Below, piece after piece: positions 54,334 through 64,000 of a DNA stretch of 64,000 nucleotides. The DNA is taken from assembly GCA_963806225.1 (NCBI GenBank), contig CAWDXG010000004.1, forward strand, positions 1,408,001-1,472,000, in the 5' to 3' direction. The notes under the pieces are model-generated. The model was not told the origin of the DNA, made no database searches, and saw only the letters and a program-made list of their open reading frames with translations. The translations under genes were made by a program, and so were the position numbers. Each line of letters begins with the position of its first letter. Within the stretch, counting starts at the first letter, position 1. Origin of the DNA: an uncultured delta proteobacterium. GTDB lineage: Bacteria; Myxococcota_A; Polyangia; Polyangiales; Polyangiaceae.

Positions 54334-54347
54334 GCCCTGGAGCACGC

Positions 54348-55862
54348 TCAGCGCGGCCGCGCCAAGCGCGGGCGGGCGGCTACGACCTCCGGACCCCGCT
54401 CCGGCGATTCCCCGACCGGAATGAACAGACGCACGGTGGTGCCCTTGCTGGGCTCGCTGCTGATCTCGACGCGTCCGTCGTGCGCCTCGAGGATGCGCTC
54501 GACGATGGGCAGACCCAGCCCCGTCCCGCTTGGGCGCGTGGTGAAGAACGGATCGACGGCGCGTTCGAGGACCTGGCTCTCCATGCCGTGACCGCTATCG
54601 GTGATCTCGATGCACACCGTGGGTGGGTGTGCGCTTTCGTCACGTGCCACGCGCACCGTGAGGCGACCGCCGCCCGGCATCGCCTGGATCGCGTTCTCGA
54701 CCAGGTTGTCGAACACCAGCCTGAGCAGCCCCGCGTCGGCCCAGACATTGTATGCCTCCGGATCGCCGTCGATGGCGATGACGACGTCATGCTCCTGCAT
54801 CGCCGCGGACTCGGCCCTTCGCACCATCTCGGGAAGCGATACCAGAGCCCGCTTGACGCTCACGGGGCGCGCGTAGCGGAGCAGATCCGTCACCAATCGA
54901 TTCAGCCGCGCGGCTTCCTCGTCCACGATGCCAAGCAGCATCTCGCGGTCCTCGTCGCGCAGTCCCGAGCGGCGGAGCCCCGCCACGGCGTTGACGATCA
55001 CGGCCAGCGGATTGCGCACCTCGTGGGCGATGGCCGCTGCCAGCTCACCGACCGCTGCCAGCTGCTGCTTGGTCACCAGCTCGTTCTGGATTTCCTTGAG
55101 CTCCGCGTGCGAGTGGCGCAATTCCTCCGTGCGCTGCCGGAGGTTCGACGCGGTCTGCTCGAGCTCTCCCGCGGCAGTGCGGTAGCGGAGCAGCAGAGTG
55201 CTGGCAACCGCGAAAGCATAGACGAGGAAGCCGTGCGGCAGCAGATAGACGCTGTGCAGCTTGCCGACCAGAAGCAGGATGTCGTTGGCCACGGCCAGAG
55301 CCACGATCACGCCGCCGGCGAGCGAGATGAGCGCCTCGCGCTTGCCCGACCTGTAGGCGTAGCCGAGCAGCACCAGGCTCGCGACCAGCTCTGCAACGGC
55401 GACGTAGTAGAAGCTCTCGGCTAGCAGGTGCGGCGTTGCGGACAGATGCTCGACGGGGACGCCGAACACGTGGGACCGCACGCTGTGCAGCGTCGCGCGG
55501 TCCCACCACAGCCCGCCCCAGACCAGGACCTCGTAGAAAAGGCCGAGCCCATACACGCCACTGGCGATGCACGCGGTCTTCTTCACGCCCGCGTAGCGCA
55601 TCACGAAATGCAGATTCAGCGCGACCGCCGCGATCGCGCCGGCGTGCGTGATATGGGCGGCAATGAGCCAATGCTCCGGGGCGCCGTAGGTGTAGGAGAT
55701 GCCCGCCGTGGTGACAGCCAGCGCGAAGCAGAGCAGTCCAAACAGCAGATATTCGACCTCTCGGCGGCCGAGCGCATAGGCCAGCATGAAGAAGGCGCCC
55801 AGCCCGACCTGGGCGATCGTCCAGGCGACCAGCACGCCGCAGAGAAAGTAGTGCGCGTTCAC
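54348..55862 (-). CDS. Multi-TM sensor histidine kinase
   Basis: About 7 TM segments, coiled coil, LAAAIAHEVRNPL, NLVENA, DSGHGM, PFFTT, GTGLGL. Confidence 0.92.
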   Translation of the reverse strand: MNAHYFLCGVLVAWTIAQVGLGAFFMLAYALGRREVEYLLFGLLCFALAVTTAGISYTYGAPEHWLIAAHITHAGAIAAVALNLHFVMRYAGVKKTACIASGVYGLGLFYEVLVWGGLWWDRATLHSVRSHVFGVPVEHLSATPHLLAESFYYVAVAELVASLVLLGYAYRSGKREALISLAGGVIVALAVANDILLLVGKLHSVYLLPHGFLVYAFAVASTLLLRYRTAAGELEQTASNLRQRTEELRHSHAELKEIQNELVTKQQLAAVGELAAAIAHEVRNPLAVIVNAVAGLRRSGLRDEDREMLLGIVDEEAARLNRLVTDLLRYARPVSVKRALVSLPEMVRRAESAAMQEHDVVIAIDGDPEAYNVWADAGLLRLVFDNLVENAIQAMPGGGRLTVRVARDESAHPPTVCIEITDSGHGMESQVLERAVDPFFTTRPSGTGLGLPIVERILEAHDGRVEISSEPSKGTTVRLFIPVGESPERGPEVVAARPRLARPR

Positions 55863-55905
55863 GCCAGGTCCCTGGAGGCGCCCGCGCCGGTAGCGCCCGC
55901 ACGCT

Positions 55906-56811
55906 TCACGGGTAGCGGCCTCCGTCGGGCGCGTCGCGGTTGACGGTGATCGTGCGCTCGACGCGGGCGCCGCGCCCGGCCAGCGGCTTGTCGTCGGCGC
56001 CGAGCAGCACGAGCTCGACGCGATAGTCCCCGCTCGGCAGGCCGCGGATGCGGCGCGCGTGCCAGTCCTTCATCACGATCCGGCGATCGACACCGGGCCC
56101 GCTGATGGTCGCTCTGACGCTCCCCTTGCCCGCACCGGGATCGGCGCCCAGCAGATAGAAGTCGAGCAGTGCATCGTCGGCCGCGCGGGCACCGTTGTAG
56201 GTACCGCGGGGCTCGCTGTAGACAAGGCGCGGCGCTTTCATGTCGATGCTCGGCGTGCCGCGCGGGCCGACCCAGAAGTGCACGGCGCCGAACGGCTCCA
56301 GCGAAGAGCCGCTGCCCGGTTTGACGGTGACTCCGTCGACGCGCACCGCGATCGCGACGAGCACGTGCTCGCCGGGCTGCAGCGTCTGGTCGGCGGGCAC
56401 GAGCTCGCCGAGGCGCACCGGCCGCTCCAGGGTCTCGAGTCGTCGAGGACGGAACCCGTCGAGAGCAAGCTCGACGCCGCCCTTGTCTCCCGACATCGGC
56501 CAGTGCTGGACCTCGAGGCGCACGCGATAGCGAGCGGCCTTGGTGAGCGGGATGTGTTGTTCGGCAAACGGGAACTTGATCTCGACGTGCGGCAGCGGGC
56601 TGACGGCCGGTTCATCCACCTTCTCGATCGCGAGAGGAACCTGGGCGGGAGCCGCGGCTTCGGCTGCGCCGCCATCCGCCGGCGCAGGCGCGGCAGATGC
56701 CGTTGCCGACGGCGTTCCGGGAACCGGGGGCGGCGCGCTCACGGGCGCATTCCGGCTGCCTCCGCACGCCGGGAGAAGCACGAATAGACCGATTCCCAGG
56801 AGCTTCCGCAC
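55906..56811 (-). CDS. Hypothetical lipoprotein
   Basis: MRK + hydrophobic stretch + LPAC lipobox, Pro/Ala linker, two beta-rich domains. Confidence 0.7.
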   Translation of the reverse strand: MRKLLGIGLFVLLPACGGSRNAPVSAPPPVPGTPSATASAAPAPADGGAAEAAAPAQVPLAIEKVDEPAVSPLPHVEIKFPFAEQHIPLTKAARYRVRLEVQHWPMSGDKGGVELALDGFRPRRLETLERPVRLGELVPADQTLQPGEHVLVAIAVRVDGVTVKPGSGSSLEPFGAVHFWVGPRGTPSIDMKAPRLVYSEPRGTYNGARAADDALLDFYLLGADPGAGKGSVRATISGPGVDRRIVMKDWHARRIRGLPSGDYRVELVLLGADDKPLAGRGARVERTITVNRDAPDGGRYP

Positions 56812-56934
56812 GGCCGGAACCTAGCGCACTGCGGCGCCAGCGGAAACGGGCACGGCAAGGCAGGATCCGGCGCGTCGTTCCGGGGGCCGGGCCTTCCGGC
56901 GAGGCCCGCGATCTGCTACTCGCTAGCGTCTCCG

Positions 56935-58818
56935 ATGAGCTACGTCGTGCTGGCCAGAAAATGGCGACCGATGACGTTCGACGACCTGGTCGGGCAGGAC
57001 CACGTTGCACGGACTCTCGCCAACGCCATCGCGAGCAACCGCGTCGCCCACGCATTCCTTTTCACCGGCGTCAGGGGCGTCGGCAAGACTTCGAGCGCCC
57101 GGATCCTGGCCAAGGCGCTGAACTGCATGCGCAAGCCCGGCAGCGTTCCACCCGGCGAGGACCCGGGGCCGACGGCCACGCCCTGCCTCGAGTGTCCGGC
57201 ATGCCTGGAGATCGCGACGGGCACGGACGTCGACGTGCGCGAGATCGACGGCGCGAGCTACAACGGCGTGGAGGAAGTCCGGCGCCTGCAGGACACGCTC
57301 CCCTACCGACCTTCCCGGGACCGCTACAAGATCTTCATCGTCGACGAGGTCCACATGCTCTCGCAGAGCGCGTGGAACGCCTTCCTCAAGACGCTGGAGG
57401 AGCCTCCGCCGCACGTGAAGTTCATCTTCGCGACGACGGAAGTCCACAAGGTCCCCGTCACGATCCTCAGCCGCGTGCAGCGCTTCGACTTCAAGTTGGT
57501 GCCGACGCAGCTCATTGCCACGCGGCTCCGGTACGTGCTGGAGCAGGAGAGTATCGCCAGCGACGACAAGGCCATCGCCATCATCGCCCGCGAGGCAGCC
57601 GGCAGCATGCGCGATGCGATGAGCCTGCTGGAGCAGGTGATCGCCTGGGGCGGAGAAGGGCTCAAGGGCGAGGACGTGGCGCGCGTGCTGGGCGTCGCCA
57701 GCCGGCAGGTCCTGCACGACATCGCTGCCGCGCTGGTCGCCGGCGACGCCGCGACCTGCCTGTCGGTGATCGCAACGCTCGCCAACCAGGGCTACGACAT
57801 GGCCCACGTCGCGCGCGATCTGCTCGCCCTCCTGCGCGATGTCGTCGTGGCACGCGTCACGGACAAGCCCGACGACCTGCTCGATCTCGCAGACGAGGAA
57901 AAGCGCGACGTGCTCGCGCTCGCGGCCCGGGCGGAGACCGACGACGTCGTCAGATTGCACCAGGGCTTCTCGCAGAGCTTCGACGAGGTCGTGCGCAGCG
58001 GGCAGCCCCGCGCTGCACTCGAGATGCTGCTCGTGCGGCTGGCACGGCGGCCGCCGCTGATCCCGATCGACGACCTGGTCCGTCGCCTGGCGCTGCTCGA
58101 GCGCCGCATGGGAGGGGGCTCGCAAGCGGCACCGGATCGCTCGGCTTCGAGAACGCGCGAGCCCAGCGGAGGCGAGCGCGGCCCCGACGCGCGCTCCCGC
58201 CCCCGCGCTCGCGAGGCCGGGACCCAGAGCAGCACGCGCCCAGCTCCGAGCGGTGAGCGCCAGGAGGAACCACCACCGGCGCCGACGCCATCCGTCGACG
58301 AAGCCCCGCCCGCTCCCCCGCCCGCTCCCGCTCCCGCGCCGGCTCCGCCGTCGCCGTCTGCGCCCTCCAACGCGCCCGCGCCGGCGGAAGCCAGTGCGCC
58401 GACCGCTCTCGACGACGAACGCCTCGCAGCGTGGCACGCGATCATCGAGATGGTTGCCGGGTCGCGACCCGAGCTCGCTGCCCTGCTCGAGCACGCGGCG
58501 CCGCTCGAGCTCGGGCCGGAAGAGCTCGTGATCGGCTGGGAGCCGGGCAGCGTGCTCGGCCGCCAGTTTGCCAGCAAGGAGTCGGAGAGCGTTCTCCAGC
58601 GCGCGGCGGCCGCGCACTTCGGCACCGCACCGCGGCTCCGGCTCGAACTCGAGTCGGAGCGCGCCCGGGGCTTCGAGACGGTAGCGGCGATCATCAGCCG
58701 CGAGCGCGAGCAGCAGAAGCGCCAAGCCCTCGCCGAAGCCCGCAGCCATCCCCGCGTGACCGAGGCGATCGAGATCCTGGGCGCTCGCATCAAGGATCTG
58801 CGGTTGGCCGGAAAATAG
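56935..58818 (+). CDS. dnaX: DNA polymerase III subunit gamma/tau
   Basis: LARKWRP, GVRGVGKT, Zn cysteines, EIDGAS, DEVHML, LKTLEEPP, GSMRDA; Pro/Ala linker. Confidence 0.96.
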   Translation: MSYVVLARKWRPMTFDDLVGQDHVARTLANAIASNRVAHAFLFTGVRGVGKTSSARILAKALNCMRKPGSVPPGEDPGPTATPCLECPACLEIATGTDVDVREIDGASYNGVEEVRRLQDTLPYRPSRDRYKIFIVDEVHMLSQSAWNAFLKTLEEPPPHVKFIFATTEVHKVPVTILSRVQRFDFKLVPTQLIATRLRYVLEQESIASDDKAIAIIAREAAGSMRDAMSLLEQVIAWGGEGLKGEDVARVLGVASRQVLHDIAAALVAGDAATCLSVIATLANQGYDMAHVARDLLALLRDVVVARVTDKPDDLLDLADEEKRDVLALAARAETDDVVRLHQGFSQSFDEVVRSGQPRAALEMLLVRLARRPPLIPIDDLVRRLALLERRMGGGSQAAPDRSASRTREPSGGERGPDARSRPRAREAGTQSSTRPAPSGERQEEPPPAPTPSVDEAPPAPPPAPAPAPAPPSPSAPSNAPAPAEASAPTALDDERLAAWHAIIEMVAGSRPELAALLEHAAPLELGPEELVIGWEPGSVLGRQFASKESESVLQRAAAAHFGTAPRLRLELESERARGFETVAAIISREREQQKRQALAEARSHPRVTEAIEILGARIKDLRLAGK

Positions 58819-58900
58819 CCGCCCCGGGGCCTTGCCCCCTCGCCATCGAGGACAGCGGAGCCTTGCGTCCGTGCCCACGCGAGGGCATTACACCGCTCCG

Positions 58901-59521
58901 ATGCTACCCGAGCGTCTCTCGCGTCTGATGCATCTGCTCGCACGCCTGCCCGGCGTCGGCGAGAAGACGGCGCAGCGCTTCGCGCTGTTCCTGGTGGCGG
59001 AGGGCGGCGAGCTCGCTAGCGATCTCGGCGGCGAGCTCACCCAGCTCAGGGAGCTGATGCGCCCTTGCGAGCGCTGCGGCAACATCGCCGAGGTCGACGA
59101 GAGCGGGCATGCCGTCTGCGCCGTCTGCCGGGACAGGCGGCGGGATCCCAGCCTGCTGTGCGTCGTTGCCAGGGTGCAGGACCTCCTGGCGGTGGAGCGC
59201 AGCGGCGCCATGCGGGGACGCTACTTCGTGCTCGGGCGGTTGCTGTCGCCGCTCGACGGCGTGGGGCCGGACGAGCTGCCACTCGCCGAGCTGATGGCCC
59301 GCGTCAAGGGCGATGGGGTCACCGAGGTGATCGTGGCCACACCCCCTTCGGTGGATGGCGAGGCCACCGCGCTGCTGCTCGCGCGGGAGCTCGCAGCGGC
59401 CGGGATCCGGGTTTCCCGCATCGCCAGCGGCGTGCCTCACGGGGGCGATCTGGAGTTCGCCGACCAGATCACGCTCGGCCGTGCTATCGACGGCCGTCGC
59501 AGTATCGACGTGCCGCGCTGA
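58901..59521 (+). CDS. recR: Recombination protein RecR
   Basis: LPGVGEKTAQR, CxxC...CxxC, LSPLDGVGP, DGEATA, RIASGVP.GGDLE. Confidence 0.94.
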   Translation: MLPERLSRLMHLLARLPGVGEKTAQRFALFLVAEGGELASDLGGELTQLRELMRPCERCGNIAEVDESGHAVCAVCRDRRRDPSLLCVVARVQDLLAVERSGAMRGRYFVLGRLLSPLDGVGPDELPLAELMARVKGDGVTEVIVATPPSVDGEATALLLARELAAAGIRVSRIASGVPHGGDLEFADQITLGRAIDGRRSIDVPR

Positions 59522-59580
59522 ACGCCGTTGATTTGGGGAGGAGGCGGCGCCAAGATGCGCGCCTCCCGGGAGGAGCCAAC

Positions 59581-59964
59581 GTGGAAAAGCAGATCATCCA
59601 GACCGACTCGGCCCCGGCGGCGATCGGCCCCTATTCCCAGGCGGTGCGCTCTGGCGAGCTGCTGCTCTTGAGCGGCCAGATCCCGCTGGATCCGGCAACC
59701 GGCGCACTGATCGAGAGCAGTATCGAAGACGAGACCCGTCGGGTGATGGACAACCTCGGCGCGGTGCTGGCCGAGGCGGGCTGCTCGTTCGAGGATGTGC
59801 TGAAGACGACGATCTACCTGACTGATCTCGGCAACTTCGCCGCAGTCAACGGCGTCTATGGCGGTTATCTGGGCGACAAGCCCCCGGCGCGTGCCACGGT
59901 ACAGGTCGCCGCACTGCCGAAGGGCGCCCGCGTCGAAATCGACGCGATCGCACGCGTTCCCTGA
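59581..59964 (+). CDS. ridA: RidA/YjgF family imine deaminase
   Basis: APAAIGPYSQA, SGQIPLDP, PPARATVQVAALP, VEID; GGAG RBS, GTG start. Confidence 0.92.
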   Translation: MEKQIIQTDSAPAAIGPYSQAVRSGELLLLSGQIPLDPATGALIESSIEDETRRVMDNLGAVLAEAGCSFEDVLKTTIYLTDLGNFAAVNGVYGGYLGDKPPARATVQVAALPKGARVEIDAIARVP

Positions 59965-60015
59965 GACTACCGCGCGCGACGCCGTCGCTCGATGCGGGTA
60001 ACGGAGACTTGTGAC

Positions 60016-61161
60016 ATGGCGAAAGCAGACACGGACGGGAACATCGATGCGGCGCTCCTCTCGGTCCCGGCCGACGGCGCGATGGAAGCGCTGGACGAGG
60101 CGGGGGATCAGGCGCTCGCGCTGATCGCCGCATGGATCAAGCAGAGCAACGCCGCAGCCGTTCAGGAGGTCGCCGAACGCGGCTCGGGCAAGTCGCGCAA
60201 GGCAGCGCGCCGCGGGCTGAACGTCCTCAAGTCGCGCGGGGTGGAGCTGCCGGAGCGCCATCATGTCGCGAGTCTCGGCGGCGGACGCGGCGAGGAAACC
60301 TTCGAAGCATACATGCTCGCTCCCGACACGGCGGGAAACGTTCTGCTCGTGGTCACGGCGCGTGCGCCGGCCAGCCGTATCCGATCCGTATTCGTGTTCC
60401 TGAACGACGAGCAGGGCGTGCACCGCGTCGACCAGGGCGAGCTCAGCCAGTCGCAGCTGCGCGATTCGCTCGCGCGGGTGCTTCCGGGTGCCGAGTACAA
60501 GGCCGTCAAGGTGCCGGTCGAGTGGACACGGGCGCGCATCGCGGCGGCACGCCGGCGCCATGCCGAGACGGGTCAGCCGGAACCGCTCGGCCTCGACAGC
60601 GCGGCCAGCCTGCTCGATCCCGCGCCGGACGAGGTCCCCCCCACCCGTTCGACGAGGAGGGTCTGGAGCTGTCCGAGGACGATGCGCGCGCGGTGGCGGA
60701 AGGCTCGCGCGAGCTGCACTCCCTCCCCGAGTTCCGCGGCTGGTTCCCGACCCGCGAAGGGATGGACGAGCTTCTGGCCAAGCTCGGCGAGGATTCTCGA
60801 GCCCGGCCAGAGCCCGGATCCCGAAACCATGACGAAGAAGCTCGAAGAAGAGCTCTCGGCCGCGACCGATCGCTACTTCTCGCCCGAGCGCCGCGGGGCG
60901 CTGGTGCGCGCCATGCGCGACAGTGCCCTGAGCGTGCTGTCGCGCGAAGGCGAGACGCGCGCGCTCGAGGTTGTCGCAACCATGAAGATGATTGAAAAGG
61001 CCGGGCTCATCACCGATCCGCCCCGCGACATCCCGTTCCTCCGCGGCTTCTTCGAGAAGGCGGTCAGCCTCATGCTCGCCCAGGGTGGCGGCAAGCTGCG
61101 CGTCCCGGTTCCCGGCAAGCCGGTGGCCGAGCCGGGCTCGGACGACGCGCCAGCGGGATGA
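60016..61161 (+). CDS. Hypothetical protein with two compensating indels (~60640 and ~60791)
   Basis: Protein-like sequence either side; between the indels the alternative frame (HPFDEEGLEL...LAKLGE) is the plausible one. Confidence 0.7.
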   Translation: MAKADTDGNIDAALLSVPADGAMEALDEAGDQALALIAAWIKQSNAAAVQEVAERGSGKSRKAARRGLNVLKSRGVELPERHHVASLGGGRGEETFEAYMLAPDTAGNVLLVVTARAPASRIRSVFVFLNDEQGVHRVDQGELSQSQLRDSLARVLPGAEYKAVKVPVEWTRARIAAARRRHAETGQPEPLGLDSAASLLDPAPDEVPPTRSTRRVWSCPRTMRARWRKARASCTPSPSSAAGSRPAKGWTSFWPSSARILEPGQSPDPETMTKKLEEELSAATDRYFSPERRGALVRAMRDSALSVLSREGETRALEVVATMKMIEKAGLITDPPRDIPFLRGFFEKAVSLMLAQGGGKLRVPVPGKPVAEPGSDDAPAG

Positions 61162-61171
61162 GCCGCCCCGG

Positions 61172-62017
61172 CTAGAACGACAGCGTCACGTCGGCGAGGC
61201 CGGTGCCATCGGCCTGGAGCACGTAGGTCGGGTCCGCATCGGTAGCTCCGCCGCAGCTAACAGTCTGCGCAGCGTCGGAGCCGCCCGCGACGATCGTGCA
61301 TCCGGCAGACTCGGCGTTGCCCACGTCGACCTTGCCGCCCGCCAGGGCGCTGGCCTGGACGTTGAACTGCTGCGTGCCGTCGAAACTCATGCTGATGGAG
61401 CCGTTGCCGGTCGTGACCTTGCCGCCCTGGGCGCCGGGCACACCCGCTGAACCGCTCACGTCGCCGTTGTGGCTCGAAACGGTGAGGCTCGACGCGCTTC
61501 CGGTGAACGGCAGGCTGGTGTCACCGTTATGCTGCGTGACGGACAGTGCGCCGTCGAAGGTATCGGGCAGCGCGACCCTGATCTCGGCGCCGAGCCCGGA
61601 GTGGGCGCTGCCGTTCTGGTAGGTCTTGATGCTGACGTTGCCGTTGGCGTCGGCGGTTGCATCCGTGGCGAGCGCGGCGAAGTCCGCCTGGATGTCGGCC
61701 TCCTTCGTGTCGTAGGCGCGGAGATCGACAGGGGTGAAGGTAACGCTCACCGTCGTACCGCTGCCCTTGACGACAGTGATCGGCCCGTTGAAGCCGTCGA
61801 TGGTCAGCGACCCGCCAGAGGCCCACTGGGCCGTCTTGTTGCGCGGCGTGCCGACCCACTTCTTCAGCGACTTGGCGCACACTCCCGACTTCGTCGTGGT
61901 GGCGCCGGCGTCGTTGGTGGTGGTCACATCGCACTTCTGCAGCTCGCAGCCCGTCGTGCCGGCAAGCATGCCGAATCCCAGAAGTACCCAAGCGGCGGAA
62001 CGGAGAAGAGTCTTCAT
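61172..62017 (-). CDS. Lipoprotein with adhesin-like (DUF4097-type) beta repeats
   Basis: Signal ending TTGC; repeated NG-x-I/V turns (FNGPI, HNGDT, HNGDV, GNGSI). Confidence 0.65.
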   Translation of the reverse strand: MKTLLRSAAWVLLGFGMLAGTTGCELQKCDVTTTNDAGATTTKSGVCAKSLKKWVGTPRNKTAQWASGGSLTIDGFNGPITVVKGSGTTVSVTFTPVDLRAYDTKEADIQADFAALATDATADANGNVSIKTYQNGSAHSGLGAEIRVALPDTFDGALSVTQHNGDTSLPFTGSASSLTVSSHNGDVSGSAGVPGAQGGKVTTGNGSISMSFDGTQQFNVQASALAGGKVDVGNAESAGCTIVAGGSDAAQTVSCGGATDADPTYVLQADGTGLADVTLSF

Positions 62018-62076
62018 ATGGAGCCTCGTCGTTGTCCTACGTAGCAACGCGCCCGTGCCTTCCCGGCGCGCCCCAA

Positions 62077-62940
62077 CTAGCCGGGATTATGGAATTTTCT
62101 ACGGAACGCCGTCAGCAGTCGCAGCGTCAGCGCGCCGGGGCTGCCGGAGCCGACGAGCGCGCCGTCCACCCGCACTACCGGCAAGAGCTCGCGGGTCGTC
62201 GAGGAGATGAAGACCTCGTCCGCAGTGCGGAGCTCGCCCAGGGGCAGCGGTTCGAGGTCGACCGGAATGCCCTCGGCGTGCGCCGTGTCGAGCAGCAGTC
62301 GGCGGGTGATGCCGGGCAAGATGCCTGCATCCTCGGGAGGCGTCACGAGCCGGCCACCGCGGGCGATGAATATGTTGGAGCTGGCACCTTCCACAATGAA
62401 CCCTCCGCTGTCGACGATCAGCGCCTCCAGAGCGCCAGCCTTGCGCGCCTCGCGCAGGGCGAGCACCGACACCAGATAGTTGCCGACCTTCGCGGTCGCA
62501 GCCGGCGTCGCTTCAGCCGTGCGCTGGGTACGGTAGGTGACGACCGCAATCCCCTGCTCATACAGCTCTCGGGGCACCTCTGGCAGCGGCGCTACGATGA
62601 CCACGCAGAGTGGATGCTCGGCGGAGAGCGGATCGAGGCCGAGCGGTGCGGTGCCGCGCGTGATCATCACGCGGATGTAGGTCTCGGGATTGCCGGCGGC
62701 GCGCACCGCCTCGAGCACCTCGCCCTGCAACTGCTCCCGCGACATCGGCAGCTGGATGAACACCTGCCCGGCGCTCTTCTCCAGCCGCGCCAGATGCTCG
62801 TCGAGCGCGAACGGTATCCCATCGTAGGTGCGGATGGTCTCGAACACCGAGTCGCCATACAAAAACCCCCGGTCGAACACGCTGACCCTCGCGTGGTCTT
62901 CCTGCACGAGCTCGCCGTCGATCATGACCAGAGTCGACAT
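62077..62940 (-). CDS. Class IV PLP aminotransferase (IlvE/Dat/PabC family)
   Basis: DRGFLYGDSVFET, HLARL, AKVGNY, EG..SNIF, LPGITR, ADEVF.SS. Confidence 0.93.
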   Translation of the reverse strand: MSTLVMIDGELVQEDHARVSVFDRGFLYGDSVFETIRTYDGIPFALDEHLARLEKSAGQVFIQLPMSREQLQGEVLEAVRAAGNPETYIRVMITRGTAPLGLDPLSAEHPLCVVIVAPLPEVPRELYEQGIAVVTYRTQRTAEATPAATAKVGNYLVSVLALREARKAGALEALIVDSGGFIVEGASSNIFIARGGRLVTPPEDAGILPGITRRLLLDTAHAEGIPVDLEPLPLGELRTADEVFISSTTRELLPVVRVDGALVGSGSPGALTLRLLTAFRRKFHNPG

Positions 62941-62943
62941 GTC

Positions 62944-63588
62944 TCAGACCCCGACCTCGACGGGAGCGGCGCGGCCGCCCAGGAGATCCCCGGCGCGCCG
63001 GCACGCCTGCTCGATTCCGTGATTGACGAGCTCGGGGCGCTCGGCTGCCAGCGCGGGATCGACCGGAGCGCCGAGCACGACCTGGACGCGGCTGAACGGC
63101 AACGGAATGCGGAAGCGGTCCCACGTGCGACCGAGCACGTGGCTGGCCGAAACCGCCGCCCCCATCGGCACCAGCCGCCCGTGACACAGGCGAGCTGCCA
63201 GCGCCGCACCCGGTTTGGCCCTGCGACGCGGACCGCGCGGCCCGTCCACGGCAAAAGCGGCGTCCAGCGGTGCCGACAGTGCGCGCGAAAGCCGCCGCAA
63301 CGCCGCCGCGCCGCCCCTCGACGACGAACCGCGCACCACCCTGAGCCCTTGGGCGCGCATGACTCCGGATTGCAGCGCTCCATCCCGCGACCAGCTCACC
63401 ATCACGAGTGTCCGGCGCCGCCTGGGCCAGCCGAGCAGCAACATCTGCTCGCCGTGCCAGAAAGCAAGGACCAGGGGCGCGCCGTCCGTCAGGTCCAGCC
63501 CGGGTGCCGTTTCTACGACCACGCGCAACGTCCACACCCACAGCCGCACGACGAGGCCGAGCACAAGGCCGAGCAGCGTGCGCATCAC
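62944..63588 (-). CDS. DUF374 / lysophospholipid acyltransferase-like protein
   Basis: FWHG, S.SRDG, VRGSSSRGG, DGPRGP, WDRF.IP.PF. Confidence 0.88.
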   Translation of the reverse strand: MMRTLLGLVLGLVVRLWVWTLRVVVETAPGLDLTDGAPLVLAFWHGEQMLLLGWPRRRRTLVMVSWSRDGALQSGVMRAQGLRVVRGSSSRGGAAALRRLSRALSAPLDAAFAVDGPRGPRRRAKPGAALAARLCHGRLVPMGAAVSASHVLGRTWDRFRIPLPFSRVQVVLGAPVDPALAAERPELVNHGIEQACRRAGDLLGGRAAPVEVGV

Positions 63589-63605
63589 GCTCCTTGCACC
63601 GAGGC

Positions 63606-63998
63606 TCAGCCGCCCTTGAGCTCGGCGAGCCGCGTCTTGGCCTGCTCCAGCGACGCATCGCTCTGGATGGCCCGCTCCAGCATCTGGATCGCCTTCGGCT
63701 TCTCCCCCATGCGGTGGTGCACCTCGCCGAGGTTCATGAACACCTCCGCCTTCGTGATGGGGCTGTTCGCATCGAGCCGCTGGAGCAGCAGCGCGCGGAA
63801 CATCTGCTGGGCCCTCTTCAGATCGTCCGCCTGGAGCGCCACCTCGCCGAGCTTCTTCAGCACGTTGACGTTGCCGGGCTCGATCCGGAAAGCCTTGTCG
63901 AGCTCTTCCAGAGCCCGCTGGGTGTCGCCCTCCGCGAGATACGCGTTGGCCAGCCGGCGGTGGATCTCTCCGAGCTCCTTGGAGCGCTTGCCGCCATA
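63606..63998 (-). CDS. TPR protein, C-terminal part (5' end outside window)
   Basis: Frame open to the window edge; consecutive TPR-like helical repeats. Confidence 0.8.
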   Translation of the reverse strand, partial: YGGKRSKELGEIHRRLANAYLAEGDTQRALEELDKAFRIEPGNVNVLKKLGEVALQADDLKRAQQMFRALLLQRLDANSPITKAEVFMNLGEVHHRMGEKPKAIQMLERAIQSDASLEQAKTRLAELKGG

Positions 63999-64000
63999 GG

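Noticed and set aside
52990..54350. RiPP precursor peptide next to the HExxH gene
   Set aside because: Flanking gaps are only 50 and 14 bp; no credible small ORF.
56935..58818. Programmed frameshift in dnaX producing gamma
   Set aside because: No A-AAA-AAG or long A run seen.
62043..62060. sigma54-like GGCACG...TTGCT upstream of the lipoprotein gene (- strand)
   Set aside because: GG-to-GC spacing is 12 nt rather than the required 10.

Overview
Very GC-rich, gene-dense bacterial chromosomal segment, inferred to be myxobacterial (Myxococcota, Polyangium/Sorangium-like) from an MglC-type roadblock gene next to aroQ-accB-accC, a long kinase-TPR protein, and the organisation of the type II secretion locus. 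Content in order: partial molybdopterin oxidoreductase; decayed nitroreductase with divergent TetR; gyrA-nth-parC-parE; a methylmalonyl-CoA/fatty-acid region (two MeaB GTPases, accBC, aroQ, mglC, epimerase, B12 mutase); an aconitase-fold protein that has lost its catalytic residues; TetR-DUF962; a hybrid PAS/GAF kinase fused to a kaiC remnant; M15 peptidase; ftsB; a ~1770 aa kinase/TPR protein; a complete gspC-N cluster with a sigma54 promoter, an adjacent sigma54 activator and a second gspC; [2Fe-2S] ferredoxin with a divergent orphan HExxH protein; sensor kinase; dnaX-recR-ridA; class IV aminotransferase; DUF374; partial TPR protein. Eight otherwise intact genes carry single-base indels, mostly +1 in short C/G runs, most likely long-read consensus errors. 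No rRNA, tRNA, CRISPR array or transposase was recognised. Best novelty candidates: the pseudo-aconitase, the EAD-like/kinase/TPR/pseudo-M48 protein, the sigma54-controlled T2SS with duplicated gspC, the orphan alphaKG-HExxH enzyme and the kaiC deletion scar. All calls come from motif recognition by eye; no searches were run.
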